Below, piece by piece: positions 55,701-64,000 of a stretch of 64,000 nt of DNA. The notes below the pieces were generated by a model that did not search any database, was not told the origin of the DNA, and saw only the letters and a list, made by a program, of their open reading frames with translations. The stretch's first letter is position 1; each line of letters begins with the position of its first letter. Made by a program: the position numbers and the translations under genes. The stretch is taken from positions 3,333-67,332 of IMG/VR virus record IMGVR_UViG_3300027747_004271; one strand, written 5' to 3'. The stretch is from a virus.

Positions 55701-56281
55701 ACTACTCCTACATCTCTCCGATGTTCGACGAGGCCGCGATAGACGACAAGATAAGACTGAGAAGCTTCCAGGACATGCACCTCCTCATGGAGAACCCGTG
55801 GGCGGTTCCTGCACCCACCTACCTCAGCGACAACATCCTCATGCAGGAGGAGCCACAGGACGACCTTCGCCTCTCGATCGAGTTCTCCATGGTCGATTCT
55901 CTCGACAAGGACATCGTCTCGATGTTCTCGAGCCTCGACAAGATGAACGAGTACATCGGTAGACCCGAGCTGATGTTCTCTCCCGACTATCCCGATCTCG
56001 AGCGACTTCGAGACGTGTACTTCAATAGGTTGTCAGGAAAGCCCGATTTCAGGAAGTTCCTCGAGTTCTATCGCTGGTTCGACATATCGATATCGACATT
56101 CATCGAGCAGCTCATACCTAGCAAGACACAATACAAGGGCACCAACTACGTAGTCGAGTCACACATGCTCGAGAGACACAAGAACATCTATCGACACAGC
56201 GCAAACTACCAGGGCAAGAAGCAGGTGATCGAAGACAGTCTTCTCGTTCAACAGATCACAGGAAAGCTGAGGAAGTACTGA
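52772..56281 (+). CDS. Large baseplate wedge/tail protein with LamG domain(s)
   Basis: LTIEALV, YNHVAVV, FSGSIDEFRIF, YYRFNE, DSSGN (LamG); IRSKGTQHSIKSFLRSVGI (tail protein I/gp7-like); VESHMLER. Confidence 0.7.
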   Translation: MTTRSNSPYVPSFVKALATDFKPVQATYSDFDLADSSHGSTGSFKYDALDFPLKSTQQLNVDWSKFEHHCFFSSAEVKVNEAFNKIINSYPFDGSKKEVEEFLDGLTGFEKYVFDQFPTWQGALLFSGTQVGEDPLHGFDEALGTWISVKDKSGTLFPDLAKNNRGEVVMNPGDDVSLTIEALVYVPDIPNDTQVIFQKTSSETAGFSFHLKPTTSTSTVQAVFSVASGSYRNKVESSLNKGTYNHVAVVLNKEMREHTLQFCLNEALVEESKNSVNFRKLDVDTSNLVIGSGSSFYSESTLVTPTQTFSGSIDEFRIFHSVRQPNQQKLNIVRGIYASPELKLYYRFNEPSGSLSLNANTGIDSIVLDSSGNSLHSNVMNFDFGLRQNLAGSVLNVMPHEKKEFQKVLFPAYQGILDLNASLLAAAREYDRNNPNNILKLVPKHYLLEGASQDGFAEPAGDGGKAYGGSGIPGQGERGSVQIILSFLYIWAKFFDEIKIFIDSFVTMRTVGYDTEDTIPDNFLEDMVRQYGFYMPKFFNHSTLEQFAEGQNIAGLTDIETPLKKIQAIIMRRILVNMPDVIRSKGTQHSIKSFLRSVGIDPENSLRIREYGGPTQKQLTTSRERRLESGAMVDFVNTALVVTPPLSASRVEPGYPLPKGSFVYDSTKKRTGTNFASDGLLTSGSWNVEGVFKIPPQNIERIKDVDKNQSLFRMYVTGSAMGLDPGLVVNVIATKNIDVPRRTAKLTAYVRPGASTASPLLEMSMDLLGEGIFNGDKWNISLGCLRNDEIGSTVSSSYYLRAARLDSGDLAESYITSSFFYEQPSGEGNVFRSVSAANNASGSYISIGTNQSIDEGVSYKFLNDTLHVDDVARTVEYVGWASNLRFWSKGMNVDEWKEHARNPKSFGVDDPLVNYNYVKNVSGSFQKIRLDTLQKQPERNADNSGVLNFVDFSQNTSDTVGSGFVTGSKVMVGDIFHYSYISPMFDEAAIDDKIRLRSFQDMHLLMENPWAVPAPTYLSDNILMQEEPQDDLRLSIEFSMVDSLDKDIVSMFSSLDKMNEYIGRPELMFSPDYPDLERLRDVYFNRLSGKPDFRKFLEFYRWFDISISTFIEQLIPSKTQYKGTNYVVESHMLERHKNIYRHSANYQGKKQVIEDSLLVQQITGKLRKY

Positions 56282-56282
56282 C

Positions 56283-57425
56283 ATGGCTCTCATAGAAGCT
56301 AGCAATACAGCAGCCGTCCTGAATCCGACGAACGGAATAACCGGAGACAACGGAACATCACTCTTCAATCCTACTTCTCAGACAGGAGGTTCTCGAGTCA
56401 TCTATCTCCACATCGACGACTCAGGAAACTTCTTCGACACTAGAGAACAGATCAAGAGCAAGAACATACAGTGGTTCGTAGAGACCACCACGGCGTCGAG
56501 GATCTCGGGATCCAACGCAGTATCAGGCCTCTTTTCTCGGAAGGCAGTCCAAAAAGACGACGTAGTCTACAACTCAGACATCTATCCTACGGGATCCACG
56601 ATCACGGATCCGAGCGGTGCAGAGAGAAAGATACTGTCGATCGCCATCGACTACTATGCATCATCGAGCATCGATGGATACAGAAACGGCATAGAGATAA
56701 CGCAAGACAAGCACTGGACGGCAGGAACTGCGAAGATAACTGCAGGTACGCCCGGCCACCTCTACGTCTCGACGGAGTACGGCTACTCGGCCAACAGCAT
56801 CATATCGAAGGACAGGTTTGTCGAGGTCGACGTCTTCGATCCTGTCAAGTACGTCTTCACCGGCGGCGACCCAGAGAAATTCACTTATCCCATCATCACA
56901 GCGGACTACAACCTCGTCGAAAACTACGTCCTCAACGGGATTATAGAGCCCTTTCCCATTCGACCCGTCGTGTCCAATTTCTCGCTCAACTTTCCCTTCG
57001 AACCGCACTCGGTGAAGGGATTCTTCGAGGGAGGAAATACGAACTCAACTTTCGCGACCGACTCGATCGTGACGGTAGACTACCATACACCAGACGTGCA
57101 GTGCAATGCTCCCTTCCTCGACGCAGTAGATTCAGCTGCAATAAGCACAGGTGTCGACGGAGGTTCTGTCCGCGTGGGTCAACCCATCGGATACCTCAGC
57201 ATGGACACAAACAAGGTCCGTCCCTATGACGACATCGTGTATCCTCGAGGAGTCATACCTAGCTCTTCTTACGACGCATCGATGTTGTCTGCGTTGAGTC
57301 ACACGACTCTGGCGGGCGAGACGTACGTCAACAGGAAACAGAGATCGGCGACGTCAGGTTTTGTGTATGATGAGAACAACTACCTAGGAACGGACTCAAT
57401 AGCGTTCGGAGGCATGCTTTACTGA
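56283..57425 (+). CDS. Hypothetical virion protein
   Basis: ORF in the tail block ending GTDSIAFGG. Confidence 0.5.
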   Translation: MALIEASNTAAVLNPTNGITGDNGTSLFNPTSQTGGSRVIYLHIDDSGNFFDTREQIKSKNIQWFVETTTASRISGSNAVSGLFSRKAVQKDDVVYNSDIYPTGSTITDPSGAERKILSIAIDYYASSSIDGYRNGIEITQDKHWTAGTAKITAGTPGHLYVSTEYGYSANSIISKDRFVEVDVFDPVKYVFTGGDPEKFTYPIITADYNLVENYVLNGIIEPFPIRPVVSNFSLNFPFEPHSVKGFFEGGNTNSTFATDSIVTVDYHTPDVQCNAPFLDAVDSAAISTGVDGGSVRVGQPIGYLSMDTNKVRPYDDIVYPRGVIPSSSYDASMLSALSHTTLAGETYVNRKQRSATSGFVYDENNYLGTDSIAFGGMLY

Positions 57426-58714
57426 TGTCGTCTTCACCCAAGAGCAAGAGAGCACAACCCGAGAGGCGATTCGAGGACTATGTCCTGTCGTATGAAGTCT
57501 CCGACAAAGTAGGTCTGTTTCCCGTCCCCAATGCGACGATGCAGTACGTAGGAGACGGCTCGGGCGCAGGGACTCAATACGCGGACGACGCCAACACGTC
57601 CGTCGAGATAGGCTTCGGATTCAGTTTCGACGGCGTGACGTATTCCCATCTCGGGGTCGATACAAACGGATGGGCTGCACTGATTTCTCCTGATAGACCT
57701 CAGGATACCTTCTACTATTCAGACGCAATGTCGCTCGAATACAGGAACGGAACCATAAGCGATCAATTCTCTTATTCTCATGTCCTCCTCTGCCCGTGGT
57801 TCGACGACCTTCGGACGATTTTCAGTGACGTCGACAACGCAAACGTACCAGGATACCTACAGTATAAACTCGGACTCACTCCGACAGCCTATTACGTGAA
57901 TGCGATCAAAGAGGGACGATATCCTTACCCCAATGGAATCGATCCTACTTGCGGAGGTGTGAAGTTTCATAGGTCTTCAGACGAGTTCGGCAAGTACTTG
58001 CTCGTGCGCTGGAAGGTGTTCAGCAATTACAACACCGCAGCAAATGTCTTGACTTTCGATCTCGTCTTGAGAGAGAACGGCATGATAGAATTTCGATACG
58101 GTCCTAAGTCGATAATCACGCCCGATCAACCAGGGAAAACAGGGGCCACGATCGGTATATTCGCATACGGTGGTACTTCAGGTAGCCCAAGATACAGGGA
58201 CTTCGGATTTGAGCTGAAGAATGATTCTTCAACAACTCTGATCAACAACAGAACGAGATATTCTCTCGGCGGGGCGATATACAACGGACACTTCACAGAT
58301 GGACCACCTGCCCATCAGACGGACAGCGCATCAAAGTACACATCGACTCTCACGGCCGAGAACGACTGGCCTGGTCTTACATCTTTCGGCGCCATCTTTC
58401 GATTCTCTCCTCCCACTAACAGGCGACGTCAAAATCGTTCAGCTCTGGGAATCAGGGACTCTCGTCCCTTCGTGAGAGACGACTCTCCGGAATTCGACGA
58501 TGAGAATTCGATACCGTTCACGACACAGTTGGTAGAATATCCCACAATGTTGCCTGCAGCCTATGTAACGGTCAACAACCTCGAACAACCAGCGGCAGCA
58601 TCGGAACTCTATCAGTCAGGAAGCATTCAGGTGAGTAGAACTTTCACTCCGGGCCTCTACGAATCGGTCCTCACAGACAGCGTACTCGACGTCAAACGGA
58701 GGACACGTCAATGA
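57425..58714 (+). CDS. Virion protein with nidogen (NIDO)-like domain
   Basis: DDANTSVEIGFGFSFDGVTY...TNG, LCPWFDDL, VRW, TFDLVL.ENG.IEFRY. Confidence 0.55.
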   Translation: MSSSPKSKRAQPERRFEDYVLSYEVSDKVGLFPVPNATMQYVGDGSGAGTQYADDANTSVEIGFGFSFDGVTYSHLGVDTNGWAALISPDRPQDTFYYSDAMSLEYRNGTISDQFSYSHVLLCPWFDDLRTIFSDVDNANVPGYLQYKLGLTPTAYYVNAIKEGRYPYPNGIDPTCGGVKFHRSSDEFGKYLLVRWKVFSNYNTAANVLTFDLVLRENGMIEFRYGPKSIITPDQPGKTGATIGIFAYGGTSGSPRYRDFGFELKNDSSTTLINNRTRYSLGGAIYNGHFTDGPPAHQTDSASKYTSTLTAENDWPGLTSFGAIFRFSPPTNRRRQNRSALGIRDSRPFVRDDSPEFDDENSIPFTTQLVEYPTMLPAAYVTVNNLEQPAAASELYQSGSIQVSRTFTPGLYESVLTDSVLDVKRRTRQ

Positions 58715-60474
58715 AGCCCTTCAGCGAAGTCTCTCTGTTCGAACAGACGTCATCAGACCCCTTCTATGCTACGGGTTCTTCTCTCACGATAGGCGACGGC
58801 GGCACGTTCGTCAAGTCCCTGTCGAACAAGAAGCAGATCAAGGTCACTTTCTCTGTCGATAAGAAAGTCGCCATGCTCGCAAACACGAGCAGCATGTACT
58901 ATTACGACAAGTCAGCCCGCCAGTGGACACTACCTCACAACATCATCAAGTCGAAAATCGACAGCTTCTCAGGTGCTTTCGATTCTTCACACTTTTCTTT
59001 CCCTGCACCTAGCACAGAAAGACCGAATCTAGGGTCAGGATTCACAGAAGACTCAGTGGGGTTCGACGCATACGGAAGGTCAGTTGCAGCAGGAACATCA
59101 GATCCCTGCTTCTTGAGTCCTTACACGTATTCACACGTCAACTCATCGCTCAATGGTCTGGAGTATTTCTCGATAGCCTACGATAACATTGCTGTAGAGG
59201 ACAATGCAGTCTTTGAAAAGTTCGGAGACTTGATGACGGGCGAATACGCAGGCTCCGCACAGATCTCGTCGAAGTTCAGTCCAACAGAAGACGAAGTTTT
59301 CGACTTGAAGATAGATCAACCTTTCCTCATAGAGAAAGTAGTCGTACAAATACCGTTCTGCTTCGGAAGCTCGTGGTTCTCAGATAGAACAGCATCAGTG
59401 AATGGCTTCTATAGAGACTGTGATTACTCAGGGCCGATACCAGACCTTCTAGTCAACAACTACTGGGACTGTGGAGGACCTGCACTCACAGTATCTCTAT
59501 TTTGCAAAAAGAAGTATGGTAGAGGCGCCGTCTTGGATCTTGTAACATCTGGGACGATTACACACCGTGCAGATACAGTAAAAACAATAGATGTCAGAAA
59601 GATGACCACGTCGTCATCTCCTGACGTAAACTGGAACGCCATTCTCATAACACCAGTAGGTCTAGGCTCTTCATCTGCTGTAGTCGATCCTATAGCAGTT
59701 TCACCCGGCTCGTGGCAATTCACTGGTTCCGTGAGCGCAAAGATGACATGTGCCGTGTCTAATGGTGTGGAAATGCTATACACCAAAATTGGGCAATGGA
59801 ACGACTATACTCCTCCTACACTTTCAAATTACAAGTCTTTCCATGAAAAGCTCTTTACCTACCCAGCAAAGCTAGATGATCCTGCGGGAGTATCAAGTAA
59901 ACTCTACAGTTTGCCTGTCTCTGTCGACTCGTTTGGAAGAGCAATGACGGGATTCGCTCCGAGCGGCGGGTCCATCTTTGGTGGAGAATACGTCACGGGA
60001 AAAAGTAGCGAAGTTACAGACAAGCAGAACAAAATCTTCTACATACAGAACTCTGGAACTGTCGCCGAAGCCGAGTCGAGAGCTTACGTGATCGACAAGT
60101 TCAATAGACTTGCCGACGCATTCTACTCATCGTATAGCATCAAAGCTGACTCTTGGAGGACTTCGAGGATCAGTGTCACAGGTCAGAAAGACTCACCCTA
60201 CTTGATAAGTCCGGGAGAAGAACTTGTCTTGGCGATATCGAAGACCCGGCCTGCTGTATCGGGAGCTTCATTCAAGTTCAAGAGCGCAGAGAACGCTGCA
60301 ATCGGAAGAGGCATACTCACAGCACATTATCCCTTTACGGGATCTTACCTCACCAATGGACATTCTCCCCTGGGTGCTCAGTACGACGGTCATGACGTAC
60401 AACTCAACACAGGATCCATCAACATCACACTTTACGGTTCTTACGTGAGAGAAAACAAGGAATACGTTCCATGA
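58711..60474 (+). CDS. Hypothetical virion/tail protein
   Basis: ATGA-coupled ORF in the tail block; Ser/Thr/Gly-rich. Confidence 0.5.
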   Translation: MKPFSEVSLFEQTSSDPFYATGSSLTIGDGGTFVKSLSNKKQIKVTFSVDKKVAMLANTSSMYYYDKSARQWTLPHNIIKSKIDSFSGAFDSSHFSFPAPSTERPNLGSGFTEDSVGFDAYGRSVAAGTSDPCFLSPYTYSHVNSSLNGLEYFSIAYDNIAVEDNAVFEKFGDLMTGEYAGSAQISSKFSPTEDEVFDLKIDQPFLIEKVVVQIPFCFGSSWFSDRTASVNGFYRDCDYSGPIPDLLVNNYWDCGGPALTVSLFCKKKYGRGAVLDLVTSGTITHRADTVKTIDVRKMTTSSSPDVNWNAILITPVGLGSSSAVVDPIAVSPGSWQFTGSVSAKMTCAVSNGVEMLYTKIGQWNDYTPPTLSNYKSFHEKLFTYPAKLDDPAGVSSKLYSLPVSVDSFGRAMTGFAPSGGSIFGGEYVTGKSSEVTDKQNKIFYIQNSGTVAEAESRAYVIDKFNRLADAFYSSYSIKADSWRTSRISVTGQKDSPYLISPGEELVLAISKTRPAVSGASFKFKSAENAAIGRGILTAHYPFTGSYLTNGHSPLGAQYDGHDVQLNTGSINITLYGSYVRENKEYVP

Positions 60475-63041
60475 CCCACTTCGACGGAAAGATATTCACG
60501 GATTCCATAAAAGACGTCATAGGAGACGAACCAGTACTCGATCAATTCGACACGTTCTACGAGGCTTCGTTCTACGGATCGTCACAAGATGACTATGTCA
60601 CTGGATCGATCGTCTCGGTGTCCACGTCGTACGTCGGAAACAAAGTTCAATCTAGACTATCAGTGGCGTCTGTTCCACGAGGAAGAGCGTTCAGCAAGTA
60701 CTACTCTGGGACCGAGTCAATTCTAGAATCGGCTTTCGGAACAGCGGCTGTCGCACAAAATCCCAGTCTCTCGTATCGACTAGTCCCAGGACACGAGAGA
60801 GCATCGAGGACGGCCTACAGGATCCTGCAGTGTTACGACCAGAGCGAGAGATACTACGACTCTTGCCTCCCCGATCTTCCCACGTGCTTCAAGGTGAATG
60901 ATGCACAGGTATGGACGACTTCGAACGTCCCCGACAGGTGGCTGAGCCCATACAACAGCTTCACGAACAAGACCGTGGGATACATGTTCTTCAACACATA
61001 CGAGTCTAACAGGTCTTCTGATGGATTCAGTAACGACCCCCTCGTGAACAACGAATGGACGTGGTCGTATCCCTACGAGACGAAATACTCACCGCTGAAC
61101 AGGACAATCAAGACGACTGATGCACTGGGGTTTAACTCGACGACACTGAAGGCGACCCAATCGGGCCCTGTGATCAGCAATTTGACCCAGTCGACGACCC
61201 CCGTCAGAGTCGAAGGCCTAGTGCCTCTCCTACCAGGAAAGACACACCATCCTAGAGACGTCAATTCACATGTAGCTCTTGGCGCAAGAGACCCTATGGG
61301 AGGAATTACACCTCGAAACTCGTTCAGGTCGTACTACACCGTCGTGAGTTCCTCCGTCCAAGTACCCTCAGAGTTCACAGATCCTCGATTCGACGACAAG
61401 TACGGATTCGCATACACGATACCGGCTGACGTAAAGCTGAATTCTAAGACTGGCTACGCAGACTATGTCACAGGAACCATGTCTCTCGACGAGACAGTCA
61501 AGTTCCTCTTCGGTTTCGGAGACGTCAACAGCATGACGTATGGATCCCAACAGTTCCTGTCGGGAAACAAGACGTACACATACAATGAAAGATTCGAGAT
61601 AGGAACTGCGACGAGGACATTTGCGCACAGCCTAGGTACGAGTGGTGTGACTTCGACAGGATCTTTTCACAAATTCGATTGGTCGCACTCTCCCACGAAA
61701 GCTGCAAGTGGCTGGTCAACGGTTCGTTCGAGCGGCTACCCACCAAACAACAGATATGTCGATACGACAAACGTATTTGGAAGCGGATCCATAGAATACA
61801 ACTACGTGTCAGCGTCTTTCTTGGGCGTTCCTACAACAGGAACGCCCGTCAAGGGTCTTTTCTGGAGGTATAACTTCGGAACCGTTCTAAATAACGACAT
61901 CGTGCTGATGTCCGATACAGCTACCGGATTCGATGGAGGCTTGAGCGACGGTTATCCGTCTCTCGCGATACTCGATGTTACTTCCTCCTATCCATGGGAT
62001 CTCAAATACGACAGAGGAATAGTGAGTGCCGGCGACCCAATCAGCGTATTCAGCATCTTGTGGGTCTATTTCTCAGGAATTCCTGCGATTGCCTCGCACG
62101 ATCTAGATCCTCTCGGCATAACGCCCATCGCGACGCTAGAGATATTGACAGGAAACATCAAGGTCACGCCCGGTACGGGATACGACGTCATGAAGACCTA
62201 TACTACCCGAGTGGACGGCATAGGTGACAATCAATACACGAAACAGTATCAAGCAGACTGGCCTTATCCTCTCGACCCAGGCGCATATCGTCTCGTGTTC
62301 GCGTACATCCCACAAGGAGCGGCACGTTTCGATCCACAGATCGCTGCTGTAGACAACATTCAGCTGATACAGTACAAGGAAGACGCATTCCTGCCCGATG
62401 AGGGAGCACAAAAACTGGGTTGCAACAACTATCCGCGTTTCAAGACTACGGTGCTGGATTACAGAGCAAATCCTCTGGTCACCTCTTCGCTTGGATACCC
62501 AAGCCCACAGAGCGACGTCACAAGAGAACTCTACAGAGGTTACCACTTCGGTGTGGGTCCAGAGATACGTGGCTGGAAATACGGCCTCTACAGCGGTCTT
62601 CCGATGCACACGAAGACGGTCTTTCGCCGCGGCAGGTATGGTCAGCTTAGGGACATGCTGGAACAGCGTCAGTACACGAAGTTCGTGTCGGTGGATTCAT
62701 CTCCCTTGGACAACGATGCCATCGTCTTCGACAATTACACGAAGCATGCGGGCGCGACAATATCCAAGACAGGTGGCGCCATTAGCACGGGTCCTTCACC
62801 CGTAGAAGTCAACTTCGTGAGGCAGAGGTACTCGAAGGACGCACGAGGAATCGGATACATCTACAACGAGAAAGTGAAACCGGAGCTCACTGTGTCGCAG
62901 AACCTCTCGTCAGAAGTGACATCGTCGCTTCCTTACTTCGACGGAGTCGCAAAGCTTCGCAAAGAGTCGGACCTTCAGTCCATAGCGAACGTGACGACCG
63001 TCGGAGTATCGATCGGAACGGGAGGAATCACGGTGACCTGA
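60471..63041 (+). CDS. Hypothetical virion/tail protein
   Basis: ATGA-coupled 856-aa ORF; [16 protein letters not shown] and SSLPYFDG near the C-terminus. Confidence 0.5.
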   Translation: MTHFDGKIFTDSIKDVIGDEPVLDQFDTFYEASFYGSSQDDYVTGSIVSVSTSYVGNKVQSRLSVASVPRGRAFSKYYSGTESILESAFGTAAVAQNPSLSYRLVPGHERASRTAYRILQCYDQSERYYDSCLPDLPTCFKVNDAQVWTTSNVPDRWLSPYNSFTNKTVGYMFFNTYESNRSSDGFSNDPLVNNEWTWSYPYETKYSPLNRTIKTTDALGFNSTTLKATQSGPVISNLTQSTTPVRVEGLVPLLPGKTHHPRDVNSHVALGARDPMGGITPRNSFRSYYTVVSSSVQVPSEFTDPRFDDKYGFAYTIPADVKLNSKTGYADYVTGTMSLDETVKFLFGFGDVNSMTYGSQQFLSGNKTYTYNERFEIGTATRTFAHSLGTSGVTSTGSFHKFDWSHSPTKAASGWSTVRSSGYPPNNRYVDTTNVFGSGSIEYNYVSASFLGVPTTGTPVKGLFWRYNFGTVLNNDIVLMSDTATGFDGGLSDGYPSLAILDVTSSYPWDLKYDRGIVSAGDPISVFSILWVYFSGIPAIASHDLDPLGITPIATLEILTGNIKVTPGTGYDVMKTYTTRVDGIGDNQYTKQYQADWPYPLDPGAYRLVFAYIPQGAARFDPQIAAVDNIQLIQYKEDAFLPDEGAQKLGCNNYPRFKTTVLDYRANPLVTSSLGYPSPQSDVTRELYRGYHFGVGPEIRGWKYGLYSGLPMHTKTVFRRGRYGQLRDMLEQRQYTKFVSVDSSPLDNDAIVFDNYTKHAGATISKTGGAISTGPSPVEVNFVRQRYSKDARGIGYIYNEKVKPELTVSQNLSSEVTSSLPYFDGVAKLRKESDLQSIANVTTVGVSIGTGGITVT

Positions 63042-63042
63042 C

Positions 63043-64000
63043 ATGACTGCGAAAAATTCGACAGACATCTTCGTCGTAGTGACTGACAACGGTGCCATCT
63101 CGAAGACGGTCTCCACGTCCGGACTGCAAGTAGGATATCCCGGAAAACCTGCAGAGCTCCAGGTCACTGGAAAGATGTCTCAGAGCGTCACGACAGTGAC
63201 GGCAAAGGGAGGACAGACGATAAACTACGACGACGACGCGACTGTCTTCGTCGTCAAGACGTCGGGCGGAAACGGCCCTGTGACGATAGTCCTCCCAGGA
63301 TCACCTCGAAGCGGTCAGCTGTGTCAAGTGAAGGACGCGTCCGGCACGGCGGCCACTTACAACATCGTCGTCTCGGGAGGAGGAAAGAGCATCGACGGTG
63401 CATCGTCGAAAACGATGACTGTCGCTTACGAGTCTGCGACTTTCTCGTGGAACGGCTCTTCGTGGTCCGTGCTCGGCGCGTCTTCTCTGTCAAACTCTCT
63501 GGGGTCTACTGGGCCGACCGGCCCACAGGGCCCACAGGGCCCACAAGGACTTCAAGGCACGCAAGGCGTGCAAGGGTCTGTCGGTGCCACAGGTCCCACA
63601 GGTCCTACGGGGCCTTCGGGCGGCCCGATAGGACCCACAGGCCCCACTGGTCCGACAGGAAGTGGACCCACGGGCCCTACAGGTCCACAAGGACCCACTG
63701 GTGCGACGGGACCTTCTGGCAGTGGGTCTACTGGGCCCACAGGTCCTCAGGGGCCTACTGGTGCGACGGGACCATCTGGCAGCGGATCAACCGGGCCGAC
63801 CGGCCCCACTGGTCCTCAAGGTTCACAAGGACCGACAGGTCCGACAGGGCCCAGAGACACAGGGCCAACAGGACCCACTGGTCCAAGCGATACCGGGCCT
63901 ACAGGCCCTACCGGACCAGCAGGAACCAGCATTACAGGGCCCACCGGTCCACAAGGTCCTACTGGCGCAACAGGTCCCAGAGACACAGGCCCTACGGGAC
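63043..64000 (+). CDS. Collagen-like tail/head fibre protein, 3' end runs off the window
   Basis: Not in the ORF track; hand-translated from ATG 63043: [15 protein letters not shown]...TIVLP...VKDASG...IDG...WNGSSW, then G-X-Y repeats. Confidence 0.85.
   Translation, partial: MTAKNSTDIFVVVTDNGAISKTVSTSGLQVGYPGKPAELQVTGKMSQSVTTVTAKGGQTINYDDDATVFVVKTSGGNGPVTIVLPGSPRSGQLCQVKDASGTAATYNIVVSGGGKSIDGASSKTMTVAYESATFSWNGSSWSVLGASSLSNSLGSTGPTGPQGPQGPQGLQGTQGVQGSVGATGPTGPTGPSGGPIGPTGPTGPTGSGPTGPTGPQGPTGATGPSGSGSTGPTGPQGPTGATGPSGSGSTGPTGPTGPQGSQGPTGPTGPRDTGPTGPTGPSDTGPTGPTGPAGTSITGPTGPQGPTGATGPRDTGPTG
63502..64000 (+). repeat. Collagen triple-helix repeats, mostly Gly-Pro-Thr / Gly-Pro-Gln
   Basis: GGN-CCN-ACN 9-nt periodicity with a few interruptions. 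Confidence 0.9.

Noticed and set aside
45269-56281. Baseplate genes as a bacterial contractile injection system or T6SS
   Set aside because: Context (homing-type nucleases, gp55-like sigma, PhoH, dense orphan genes, no housekeeping operons) fits a large phage.
42584-57229. Long alternate-frame ORFs (e.g. 42584..43219, 53206..54057, 56471..57229)
   Set aside because: Arg/Ser-rich shadow frames inside well-supported genes, expected from the codon bias.
63254-63740. Minus-strand ORFs with GPVGPV repeats
   Set aside because: Antisense shadow of the plus-strand Gly-Pro-Thr collagen gene.
63502-64000. Repetitive DNA that might be a CRISPR array
   Set aside because: 9-nt codon periodicity with synonymous variation and no repeat-spacer structure.
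1-64000. Alternative genetic code (stop-codon reassignment)
   Set aside because: Long ORFs tile the window under code 11, and TAA, TAG and TGA all end genes at sensible positions.
1-64000. Very frequent TCGA/GTCGAC words
   Set aside because: Plausibly explained by codon preference (GTC/ATC/CTC followed by GAC/GAG); cannot claim more without a codon-aware count.

Overview
A densely packed 64-kb fragment of a large (jumbo-type) tailed phage genome with a contractile-tail baseplate. It reads in standard code 11, and I see no tRNA, rRNA or CRISPR array. There are two divergent arms meeting at about 26134-26203. The minus arm holds three TnsA/gp4-like nuclease genes, DUF167, a block of large virion or tail proteins, PIN-PhoH, an Hc1-like protein, a DinG-like helicase, an ADP-ribosyltransferase-like fusion, ClpP and a degenerate GroEL-like protein; a stand-alone sigma region-4 gene sits within it on the plus strand. 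The plus arm holds a ~17.5-kb glycan-synthesis island (7 glycosyltransferase genes, methyltransferases, a kinase-methyltransferase fusion, Gmd/Fcl, Ugd-like, PIG-L, WbqC), a gp55-like sigma factor, baseplate genes (spike, gp25, gp6-like, LamG wedge) and a Gly-Pro-Thr collagen fibre. The best candidate for a new system is phage-encoded virion glycosylation, with a recurrent [S/T]-[G/A/S]-S-hydrophobic motif in structural proteins as a possible sequon. Other leads are a split sigma factor with a -10-only late promoter motif, and mobile nucleases placed behind conserved gene ends. All product calls come from motif recognition by eye; no database searches were run and the host cannot be determined.
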